From contig JAQFVV010000001.1 in NCBI GenBank assembly GCA_028023455.1, forward strand, positions 2,108,001-2,172,000: DNA of 64,000 nucleotides. The letters run 5' to 3'. Origin of the DNA: Epiperipatus broadwayi. Its lineage: Eukaryota > Animalia > Onychophora. Made by a program: the position numbers and the translations under genes. Of the stretch, positions 11,602 to 22,049 are shown piece after piece. How positions within the stretch are numbered: position 1 is the first letter of the stretch; the number at the start of each line of letters is the position of its first letter. Below the pieces are notes generated by a model. It made no database searches and was not told where the DNA came from. It saw only the letters and a list, made by a program, of their open reading frames with translations.

Positions 11602-14600
11602 CTTCTCCCAGCCCTTTTTTAAATTTATTCAATGACCAAACATTGTCATCTATTTCAAACTTTTTTTTTACAATTGCTGTCTTATTAATCTGTCAGATAG
11701 GTAACAAAATTGACAATTTATTTCTTAATTGAAACAATAATTCAGCTGCAATTATCCCAGTGGAGCTAGATGGCATAAAATGTTGATGAAATGTTATTTT
11801 AAATAAGGCTTTGTCTACATTTTCAGTTTTACCTTGCTTAAGTTTTTTTTTCATGTTTTGGGCTGCCTTCTCAATGATTCCATTAGAGTTAAAGTTGTAC
11901 GTCAGTGATTTTATATGTTTATCCTCTATTGGTTTATGAAATATTAGAATTTCTCTTAACAGAAAGTAGTATCATTATCTGACATGAGGATCTCTGGTGT
12001 TCCGTGTTTAGCAATATCTCTTTAAGTTTCTTGATAGTGGATGCAACTAATATTTTTTATTACTCTGTATTCAGTCTAGTGGCTATACAAATCCACCACT
12101 ATTAAGTAATAATGTCCTTTCCATGGATCGGCATAGTCAATGTGTATCGTTTCCCAGGCTTTCTCTGGTGTAGGCCATTGTAACATCTCTTTGGTGGTTG
12201 ATTAGATATAGTTTGACACTCTTTACATCTTTTAATATCAGTTTGAGATCTTGATTTATTTCTGGCTACCATACATAGCTGCATGCCAGTTTTTTGGCCT
12301 AACTATTTCTGGGTGATTTTGATGTAATAATCTAAATACCCTTTCATGATGATTGCTAGGTATTAGTACTTTCTCATCCATCAAAGTACATCCTTTATTT
12401 ATGGACAGTCTCTCATGTACTTTCTACAGTCCTTTAATTAAGTAGAGAGGACATCTAGCAGGCCATTTGCTACCTAATTTTTTTAAGAATTTTGTAGCCA
12501 GAGTCATATTAGTCCATTCTGCTATTGTCTGACTAATGATAGTTTTTGATGCTAGCTGATCGTTATAATTTAACATAGGTTTCTGTCCTAGGCGATTCAG
12601 CTTTATCTGGGCATCTAGATAATGCATCCACATGTGCTACATTTTTACCCTTCTTGTAAGTGAGATCATAGTCATCTCGTTATAAGAATTCTAGCCAATG
12701 AATCATTTGAAGACTTAAGTGATTAGGGGCTGTTTGATCCTTTACCGATATTATCAATAGGGATTTATGATCAGTAATGATCTTAAGTGTTCATCCATAG
12801 AGGTATTGATGAAACTTTTTATCCTGAATATTAATCGTTTCTTTATCCAGCTAGCTGTAATTCCTCAGCTGACATTAGGGTTCAGGAGGCATAGCTTATA
12901 GAGTGATACCAAGTTTTAATGGATGACATATTACAGCTCTGAGACCATATTCTGATGTGTCTACTGTTAGTGTGACTTCTTTCTTGCTCTTCTAATAGAT
13001 AGAGTCCTTCAGATGTCAGTAAGGCTTTGGCTTGTTCAAATGACTTTTTCTTGATTGAATCCCCAGTTCCTTATTTGATTTTTCTTTAACAGATTATCTC
13101 AATTTATGAACTCTTTTCAACAAAGTATGTAATTCTAGTATGTAATTCTTAAATACTAATTGACTTCAAATTTGGTTGAAAAGGTAACTAATTATTAACT
13201 ATAAACTAATTAATAACACTGAGCTAGCTTTCAGCAAAACACTGTCAGCATCACAGTGCTGAATAAAATTATGCAGTGCAAGCTGGGCAACATAAGCTCT
13301 TGCTCTTTAAGAAGGGTTCAAACTAGTTTAGTAGTCAGGAAATGTCTGGAGTTCCTTACTCATTTTTGAGTGTGGTGCTTCTTTTACAGCCTTAACTTTC
13401 TTATGTGTGGGTTTCTTCCCTTGCTTACTGATAAGGTATCCAAGGGAACAAGCATTGTTGGATTCCACCTCCTTTCCTCAGAATTTAAACTGGCTCCGAA
13501 TCTCTCAAGCAGTTTGCAGGTTTTCATTATTCAGGTTTTTAATTCTTCTTTGGAGTTCATCATTATTAATATAATTATCAAAGTATGGGATGATTCTATC
13601 CATATCTCTGAGTAATGAGTCCATTTTAGCCTGGAGACCTCTGTGGGTGAAGACTAGAACTTTTCTTACATTCAGTACTGGCTATTGACTTTTATTTAAG
13701 TACCTTATTTACAGTGATGTGGTCATCATCACAAATTTCTATTTTTCATTTGCTTCCACTGTCACTATGGGAGTTTCCCACTCTGCATTCTCGACTAGCT
13801 TCAGAATTCCTTGTTCTATTGGTTTGTCTAGTTTTTCCTTGACCTTTCTTTGCTGGTCTAGTGACACTTTTTGAGGTTTTGTAATAACATGTTTTATTCT
13901 GTTGCTTAATTCAAACGTCAATAGGTGATGCTTTTAGTTTTCCCAGTTCCTTTGTGAATAGACTGGCAATATAGTTATTTTTAACTGCTGATTCTATATT
14001 GATTTTCTTAATGATGCATATTTTCATGCCTAGAGAAGGAAACCATTCTCAGCTCATGATCAAGTTAATTTCCCTGTTTATTATGCACAATGGTAGTATT
14101 TCTTTATCTTTCCTTGTTTCTTCCTCTACTTTTGTGACTCCTAGTATTTTAGGGAATTTTTGTTTGCATCCCAGGCCTTGAGGTGAGTTTTGTCTACTTT
14201 TGGGTGGAATTTTAAATCCTTAATTAAATTTTCACAATTGTTGATTTACATCAATGATATTCCCACTCCACTATAAATTTGCATGATTATTGTTTTGCTG
14301 ATTATATTTACATTTAGCAACAATTTGATCTGATTCATCTATGTAAGTGTTTTTTATGTAGCTACTTTTATTTACAATCGCATCATAGGTGTCCTCTTTC
14401 AGGGTTGTGTCAGTTATTTTACTTCAAATTTTGCATTCTTGCTTATTGCAATTGCAGGCTTTGTTACTAATTTTTCCATATTGGAAACATTTTACTAATT
14501 TGTCTGTTTTAAATTCAACTTCTGATGTTTTATAAATCATAGTTTGAAGTGGTTCTGGTCCTGTGACACCTCTGAACTCTCTTGCTTGGTTAAGAAAGAG

Positions 14601-15049
14601 TTCATGAGCTGTTCCATATCTGATTGCTTCATAGGTTAAGTCTTTTGCTGCTACTAATATTTGTCTAAAGTGATCATCTATAAGCTCATATAATGATTGC
14701 TCAAGGAAAGCTTCCTCTAAGTATTTGCAATAAAAGCGTGGTTTTGCCATCTCTCTTATTAGCTGGTTGGGGGTTGAAATAGTCATTTAGTTTTGTTATA
14801 AGCTCATCATATAGCTATGTCTCAGGCGCATGCTCATTGTTGGCGAACTTGATTACCCTTTTCCCTGTGAAGCAAAGTAGGGAGGCTATTTTATAATATT
14901 ATTGGTAATACTATTTAATAAAAAAGTAATTTCTTATCCTCTGAACATATAGCCAATCACTTGGATTATCTACATTGAATTCACATATACCAACGTGATA
15001 TTCATGATATTTCCTTGTTGGTCCAAATCCAGTCAGAATTGTGCCAGTT

Positions 15050-16010
15050 TGTTGCAACCTGAGAGCAACAAGTAAATAATTGATAATGGCAGTATTGAAA
15101 TGGCAAACTAATGGTTTAACTAAATAACATGATTTACAAAGTTTACATAGCCTATTTAAAGTGCACAATAAATAATAAAAGGTCATGGTGACCTGTACAT
15201 AATAAACTCTAATCCTGCTTTTGACTTACAGAAGCAGGAGTCTCTGAATTACCTTAACATCAGAACTCATATACTAGGTTTTGGGGCTTCATATACCCCT
15301 TAAGATTTGTCTTTTACTTACCTTACCATATATGGCAATTTTTACAGTTATTTGACCTTAATAAAGTCTGGTACATAACTTTACAAACTACAATTGCATG
15401 ATTGCTATTTTATTACATGATCATCATTCCTGATTACAATGGTCTGCTTCAGGCTACTATATAGACTTCGATTTTATATATATTTACAGTGATAAATAAT
15501 ACTTGCACATCTTATAAATTATTATATATAATTACTATATGTGATTATTACACATAATCATTATAGTGAGTTTTGCCTGTTTTAACGTAATTATTACATA
15601 TTTCTACTAAAACAGGCAAAACTCACTACATGTATTGCCACACATTACAAGCTAGAGTAATCAATGGATGCCAGAAGGCTTGTGCATAAAATCCCCATCT
15701 AGTGTCTACTCACACAATATTCCCAGACTAGTTTCTGACTTGTTGCCTTTGTCAATGGGAAGTCTTGGATTTGGGAGCACTGCAGCCACCTTTTATCCCT
15801 ACTTAACTACAAAACTACGAGTCTTAAATTGAAAACACATTAATAACAGTTATAAGCAAGTATAAGAAATGGTGGTCATATGACATTTTTACTAAATGAT
15901 TAGTATTCATAATTTCTATTTTACCCAATTATTCTACACAATTACTACATGTATTTTTAACACATTATTGACACACACACACCTCTCTACATACTTCATT
16001 GACCACTGCA
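15050..16010 (-). repeat. 5' LTR of the Gypsy provirus, carrying an HHR-family insertion
   Basis: Homologous to 10526-11215; extra sequence at 15564-15584 and ~15608-15882. Confidence 0.8.
15564..15890 (+). mobile_element. HHR fold-back retroposon family, copy 2 (inserted in the LTR)
   Basis: Inverted arm 15608-~15842 homologous to 47766-48045; sense 3' tail ..AAGAAATGGTGGTCATATGAC; extra 21-bp inverted piece at 15564-15584. Confidence 0.8.
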
Positions 16011-17181
16011 TACTGATCTTTACCTTTTTATGTACAAATATTTTTTAATCATTATTTTTTTGATAACTTTTTATATTTTCCATCATTTTAATAATAAATT
16101 GATAACATTTACATTCTTTTTCATGAATATATAAATTCTTATTATTCAAATGTCCCATTGTAGCTTTTTTAGTTTATTCTTTACTTTTTTTGTTCTCATT
16201 TTTATATTGTATATTCTCTACTGAATATATTTTATCCACATTATCTATTTTATTGATTTTATTTCTATTTAATAATTATCTCAAACACATTTATTTTTTG
16301 TAAACAGGTCTAATTTTTATTTTTTTCTTATTTATATTCATAATTATTTTATTAATTACATAAAAAATATTTTTATTAATTTTAAACCAGCATAAATTAT
16401 TGACATATGATCATCATTCTCTTTATTTCTATTTACTTCATATTTTTCTCATATTTATTCCATTTGTTAATTTCTTAATGCAATTCACTGGCTATCATTA
16501 ATTGCTTTGACTTATATCATTTTCTTCTCTTATCAGTTCATTATTTGAACATATCCTTAAAGTTATCCATATATTTTTATTTATAATATTCATTTTACTA
16601 CTATTGTTTATATCTGAATAAGCAACATTTGAATAATAAACATTTTTGTATATAAAATCATGCAAAAAAAAATAAAAAATAAAAACATTCTCAACAAAGT
16701 ATTAAAATATTGGAAAATACAAAAAAAAAAAAATTAGAAGCAAAAATGGTTAAAAAATATTTAATAAAATAAAACAAATGGAAAGAATATTGTAAGTGAA
16801 AATTTATAGATAAAATGAATAAAAATTTGGATGATTTAAGTTATTTAAATTAATAAAAGTGGTAATTATCAAAAACTACATAATTAATTATATGTTTGTA
16901 AAAATTAAATTAGAAAAAATGAGAAAGGTGGGTGGGAGGAGAGGATAAGAAAGCACAGATTAAGATTAAAGATAAAATTTTGGAATAGATATAAATAAAA
17001 AGGCAAAAAAAAAAAAAAAAACATGATATTTTTTTTAATGAAAAATAAAAAAAAGAAAATTAGACACCAGTGATTTTTGATGATTTATTATTACATTTGC
17101 AAATTTTAATATGTTCTTATCAATATAAATTTATAAAATAAAATAAAATGAGAATGTAATATAAAAATTAATTTATACATT

Positions 17182-18150
17182 ATGACGACTTTTTATTTAG
17201 GTACTTACAACTGCAGATCACTTTCAAGTGAAGGAAGATTGCAAGAATTAGAAGAAGAATTGTCTTATATCAAATGGGACATTATTGGACTTTGTGAAGT
17301 TAGAAGAAAAGGTGAAGAAACAATTGATTTAAAAAGTGGACATATACTCTATTATAAAGGCACACATATTGGAAATACAAGTGGAGTAGGATTCATTATA
17401 AATAAAAAGTGGAAGAACAATATTGTGGAGATTGATGGTGTATCGGATAGAATTGCAAGATTAGTTATACAACTTAATAGCAGATACCAAATGCAGATAA
17501 TTCAGGTTTATGCCCCAACAAGTTCTCATAGTGATGAAGTAGTAGAAGATTTTTATATGGATGTACAAAAGGCTTTTGATCAGAGTAAACAACATTTTAA
17601 AATTGTTATGGGAGACTTTAATGCTAGAATTGGTAGACAAATAAAAGATGAAATTGCTGTAGGTAATTTTGGTTATGGTAATAGAAATGAGAGAGGACAT
17701 AGACTTGTGGAGTTTGCAGAAAAAGAAAAACTTTATATTATAAATTCATTTTTTGAGAAAAATGTTAAAAAAAAATGGACATGGAAGCATCCAAATGAAG
17801 GTACAGCAGAATTGGATTATATTTTGACTAACAGGAAATACATATTTGAAGATTGCAATGTTCTTAATAAATTTAACACAGGAAGTGATCATCGATTAGT
17901 AAGGTGTAAGTTACGTGTTAATGTAAAACTAGAGAGACAAAAATTATTGAGAAAAACAATATTTACAGTTGATATTCCTAATCTTCAGAAACATTCTAAT
18001 GAATTTAAATTAGAACTTACAAATAGGTTTCAAGTGTTAGGAGATTTTGAACATGATTCAGATTTGAATGAAATTAATATGAAAATAACTGATACACTTT
18101 TAAAAACTGCAACAAAGATAGCTGGTAGAAAAAAAGCAGCAATTGACTAA
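17182..18150 (+). CDS. RTE APE endonuclease region (frameshifted from the RT)
   Basis: 322-aa ORF with exonuclease-III-family motifs. Confidence 0.85.
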   Translation: MTTFYLGTYNCRSLSSEGRLQELEEELSYIKWDIIGLCEVRRKGEETIDLKSGHILYYKGTHIGNTSGVGFIINKKWKNNIVEIDGVSDRIARLVIQLNSRYQMQIIQVYAPTSSHSDEVVEDFYMDVQKAFDQSKQHFKIVMGDFNARIGRQIKDEIAVGNFGYGNRNERGHRLVEFAEKEKLYIINSFFEKNVKKKWTWKHPNEGTAELDYILTNRKYIFEDCNVLNKFNTGSDHRLVRCKLRVNVKLERQKLLRKTIFTVDIPNLQKHSNEFKLELTNRFQVLGDFEHDSDLNEINMKITDTLLKTATKIAGRKKAAID

Positions 18151-19903
18151 TAAAATTTCTACTGAGACTAGAGAATTTATGAAGAAAAGAAGGAATATGA
18201 AGATATACAAAAATGATGTATTAAAAAGAACTGAATATCTCGAATTTTGTAAAATGGTACGGAAAAGAGTTGAAAATGATATAAGAAAGTATAACTGTGA
18301 AATAGCAAGGAAAGCTGTAGAAGAAAATAAAAGTCTCAAGAATGTTAAACAACATTTTGGTATTGGTAGAAAATTTATATCTGCAATAAGAAAAAAAGAT
18401 GGAATTATTACTAAAAAGAGAGATGACATCATGAAATTGGTAGAAGATTTTTATCAAGAATTATATAGTAATAAAGAACAAGTACCTCCTATATCTATTA
18501 CATCTTCCGAATTGCCCAGAATTTTAAATGAAGAAGTGAGACATGCAATTAAATGTATGAAGAAAGGAAAGGCTCCAGGAAATGATGGAATTATAATTGA
18601 TATATTAAAAGAAGGAGGTGAAGAAATAGAAACAATTTTAGCAAAGTTATATACCAAATGTCTAAATGATAAAGATGTACCGGAAGATTGGAAGAATGCA
18701 GTAATAATATTAATATTTAAAAAAGGTGATAAAGAAGATATTAGAAATTACAGACCTATCAGCCTTTTATCAGTTTTATATAAAATTTTTACCAAGATAA
18801 TTACAACTCGTCTACAGAGAACTTTGGATTTCCACCAACCAAGAGAACAAGCTGGATTTAAAAGTGGTTTTAGTACAATAGATCATATCCAGGTATTGAG
18901 AGAAGTCATAGAAAGGACAAATGAATATGAGTTGTCATTATGCTTTGGATTTGTAGATTATGAAAAGGCATTCGATTCTATACACATTTCTTCAGTGATT
19001 AAAGCATTGGATCATCAAGGTATAGATCCAGGATATTGTCATATTTTAAAGAATATTTATAAAAATGCAACAGCAACAATTAGATTACATAATGATACTG
19101 GAAAAATCAACATTGAGAAAGGTGTAAGGCAAGGTGACTCCATATCTCCAAAACTTTTTACAGCAGTGCTGCAAGAAGTATTTTGTGGATTAAAATGGGA
19201 AACTAAAGGAATGAAAGTAAATGGAGAGTATTTAAGTCATTTAGATTTTGCAGATGATGTAGTTGTTTTTGCAAATAATGCTTCAGAGCTGCAGGAAATG
19301 TTGCAGGAGTTAGCAGATGAAAGTAGAAAAGTAGGACTAAAGATAAATGTTAAAAAGACTAAAGTAATGTTTAATCGATTTGCTCAAAATATGAAAATAA
19401 AGATTGATTATGAAGAATTAGAAAAAGTTAACAGTTACAAATACCTAGGTCAGATTATTAATACAGATGAAAACATAATGGAGGAAATTAATCATAGAAT
19501 TAAACTTGGTTGGAGTGCTTTTGGTAGAAATAACTTGATACTAAAAGGAAATATGCCTATGTGTTTGAAAAGAATGGTTTTTAACAAATGTGTTTTACCA
19601 GTTCTTACTTATGGATCTGAGACTTGGACACTTAATAGAAGAGCAATACAGAGACTTCAGACCACTCAAAGGAGTATGGAGAGATGTATGTTGGGAGTAA
19701 CAAGAAGAGATCGAAAATGCAATGTATGGGTAAGACAACAAACAGGTGTTACTGATCTTATTGAAAAAATTAAACGATTGAAATGGAGTTGGGCTGGACA
19801 TATTGCTAGAAGAAATGATAATAGATGGACAATTGAAATTTTAAACTGGATTCCAAGAGATTGTAAAAGACCCAGAAAGAGACCACGTGAGATGGATGGA
19901 TGA
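18143..19903 (+). CDS. RTE reverse transcriptase region
   Basis: 586-aa ORF with complete non-LTR RT motifs; C-terminus truncated by a frameshift. Confidence 0.9.
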   Translation: MTNKISTETREFMKKRRNMKIYKNDVLKRTEYLEFCKMVRKRVENDIRKYNCEIARKAVEENKSLKNVKQHFGIGRKFISAIRKKDGIITKKRDDIMKLVEDFYQELYSNKEQVPPISITSSELPRILNEEVRHAIKCMKKGKAPGNDGIIIDILKEGGEEIETILAKLYTKCLNDKDVPEDWKNAVIILIFKKGDKEDIRNYRPISLLSVLYKIFTKIITTRLQRTLDFHQPREQAGFKSGFSTIDHIQVLREVIERTNEYELSLCFGFVDYEKAFDSIHISSVIKALDHQGIDPGYCHILKNIYKNATATIRLHNDTGKINIEKGVRQGDSISPKLFTAVLQEVFCGLKWETKGMKVNGEYLSHLDFADDVVVFANNASELQEMLQELADESRKVGLKINVKKTKVMFNRFAQNMKIKIDYEELEKVNSYKYLGQIINTDENIMEEINHRIKLGWSAFGRNNLILKGNMPMCLKRMVFNKCVLPVLTYGSETWTLNRRAIQRLQTTQRSMERCMLGVTRRDRKCNVWVRQQTGVTDLIEKIKRLKWSWAGHIARRNDNRWTIEILNWIPRDCKRPRKRPREMDG

Positions 19904-20489
19904 AATAAGAAAATGTGCAGGGGTGTTGTGGAAAAGAGAAGCTAAAGATCGGAGAAGATGGATTAAACTTGGAGAGACCTTCACCCTGCAGTGGATTGAT
20001 AATGGTTGATGATGATGATGATGAAAGTCTGGAATGTAAAAAAAAATATTTTGCTTAATATATAAGTTGGTAAATCATTGAAAATGATCAAGGTTGAAAA
20101 GATATGACAATCTAATGTGTCAGTTCAAATAAAAAATAAATTTTATAGGGAGAATAGATGGACAATTGAAATTTTAAACTGGATTCCAAGAGATTGTAAA
20201 AGACCCAGAAAGAGACCACGTGAGATGGATGGATGAAATAAGAAAATGTGCAGGGGTGTTGTGGAAAAGAGAAGCTAAAGATCGGAAAAGATGGATTAAA
20301 CTTGGAGAGACCTTCATCCTGCAGTGGATTGATAATGGTTGATGATGATGATGATGAAGTCTGGAATGTAAAAAAAAAATATTTTGCTTAATATATAAGT
20401 TGGTAAATCATTGAAAATGATCAAGGTTGAAAAGATATGACAATCTAATGTGTCAGTTCAAATAAAAAATAAATTTTATAGGGAGAATA
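19820..20489. repeat. 333-bp tandem duplication covering the RTE 3' end and its flank
   Basis: 19820-20152 is repeated at 20153-~20485 with about 3-4 differences; AATA microhomology at the junction. Confidence 0.95.
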
Positions 20490-20539
20490 AATAAATAATT
20501 TTTTGTGAAGTCATGTGAATGTATCTATACCAAGGATTA

Positions 20540-20640
20540 CATGTGGGAAGGGAAGGCGGAGGAGAAAATATAATTTATAGAAGGATCATAACTGGCTATG
20601 AATATGAGAAGTACATCTTCTTCAAAGCGCTTAGCCATTA
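20540..20640 (+). ncRNA. Probable Penelope-like 3'-end relic with an A3-U8 hammerhead motif (20593-20637)
   Basis: TGGCT ATGAATA T GAGAAG-TACAT-CTTCTT CAAA GCGC TT AGCCA. Same layout as 55919-55963; G12 is substituted by C. Confidence 0.55.
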
Positions 20641-20722
20641 AATTTAATTTTCAATTCGTTGTTATAGTTTTATGTTGGAAGTGTGAAAGCACGATTTAAT
20701 ATTATTTATTAATATATTAAAT

Positions 20723-21100
20723 TATTTCCATCATCAAATATTAAGTATTGAATGTCTTAAGAAAAATATAACGACTGTTAGTAATAGCACATGGGTTAGT
20801 ATATACATGTTTCAAGAGATATTATTATCGTCTCTTCTTCAGATGTAGCTGGCCTGACCAGTGACAGGACTAGCATAGAAATCAAAGCTGGATCCTTAGA
20901 TTCTTGGTTCAATTCCCATGCTAGTATTGTCACTAGTCAGGCCAGCTTCACCTGAAGAAAAGAGAAGAATAATAACTCTCGAAACATTGAGTATAAACTA
21001 ACCCATGTACTATTACTAACAACTGAATATAATTGGAACACTTAAATGAAATTAAATTTTAGTAAAGACTTTCAATACTTAATATTAGATAATAGAAATA
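20723..21100. mobile_element. ~380-bp fold-back element with HHR-like cores in both arms and a tRNA B-box-like centre
   Basis: Imperfect palindrome over nearly its whole length. Left arm on the minus strand: CTGAAGA AGAGA..TCTCT TGAAAC AT GTA. Right arm: CTGAAGA..CTCT CGAAAC. GGTTCAATTCCC at ~20906-20917. Confidence 0.7.
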
Positions 21101-21550
21101 GTCCAATATATAAATACAACTAAAATACCATCATTACAAACCTTCATGAAAACAAGGAGTATATACATATGTTAAAATTAGTATTCTAAAGAATAAAAGT
21201 TGCCAATGCTCTATAAATCAATATGATAAAAAATTCACATTTTTGAAGTATTTAAATTTTAACAAGGATTGTGAATAAAACCAACAAATATAAACTTCAT
21301 ATATAATGAACTTCTGATCCATTTTTTATGCACATTTAATTTTTCTAAGCTATGTCTGCTATCTCAAAGTCAATGACAACAAAAATGTTATTTTTTCAAG
21401 GATCCATCATTTCTGGGACTGATTTTTTTTTATATATATCCATAATTAACAAACCATAGTTCTGAGCAGTATTTTTTCACATAGTTTTTTTTTTTTACTT
21501 TGCAATATTTTTATTATTTTATTTTAAAAAAGGTAACAAAATATATTTTT

Positions 21551-21676
21551 CAAACCAGGCAAAACTCTCCATACAGTAGTGCCACTCAATGCATTACTGT
21601 ATGGAGAGTTTTGCCTGTTTTGATAACAGTTATGTGCTAGCGTAAGAAATAGTGATCATGTAATGTTTAGTGGTTT
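21551..21676 (+). mobile_element. HHR fold-back retroposon family, copy 3 (126 bp, no HHR)
   Basis: Inverted ~40-nt segment plus the sense 3' end ..GTAATGTTTAGTGGTTT; 13-bp TSD AAAATATATTTTT at 21538-21550 and 21677-21689. Confidence 0.9.
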
Positions 21677-22049
21677 AAAATATATTTTTGTAAATGACAT
21701 TTAAAAAAAAAAAAATTGAAGATCAAGTTCATTTCACTATCCCTTCATTTTTATCTTTTTAAAATTTTTCTTTATACAGAAAGTAGACTTTTTTTCTTTT
21801 TCAAATTAGAAATAAAAAAAAATAGTGAAATATCTGGAACAAAAATAATGATCTAGACTTACAGTATATTATCTTTTATAATGTAAATGAACAGATAAGC
21901 TTAATTATTAAATATTATTATAAGATTATGCACTGTATTATATATATAAAATGATAATATATACTTACAACCATTTTACAAATACAGTAATAGGTGTTGA
22001 ATGTTTTGAACTATATCTGAGTTGCACTTAAGGCTAACACTATCTTTAT

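Larger units (their letters stand above)
10526..16010 (-). mobile_element. Decayed Ty3/Gypsy LTR retrotransposon provirus
   Basis: Direct LTRs at 10526-11215 and 15050-16010 (TG..CA). 5-bp TSD CACTG/TACTG. Minus-strand PBS-like TGGCAC.. next to the 5' LTR and PPT GGGCGAGGAG next to the 3' LTR. gag remnant with a degenerate Zn knuckle (14424-14786), RT N-terminus (..AEWETPIV, 13739-13921), RNase H (TVDTSEYG..ITDHKSL..HVDALSR, ~12620-13080), integrase (CKECQ; MSDND..SNGIIE, ~11840-12290). Confidence 0.85.
17182..20024 (+). mobile_element. Near-complete RTE LINE (family 2): APE endonuclease plus RT, two small frameshifts
   Basis: APE ORF 17182-18150 (GTYNCRSL, GLCEVR, MGDFNAR, LDYI, SDHRLV) and RT ORF 18143-19903 (QAGFKSG, DYEKAFD, GVRQGD, DFADD). 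The join is an A7 run at 18129-18135; 2-bp deletion near 19890; (GAT)n tail. Confidence 0.95.

Noticed and set aside
18121-18150. Programmed -1 frameshift at an A-AAA-AAG-like site between APE and RT
   Set aside because: The RT frame is +1 relative to the APE frame, and RTEs normally have a single ORF. One extra A in a homopolymer (mutation or sequencing error) explains it.
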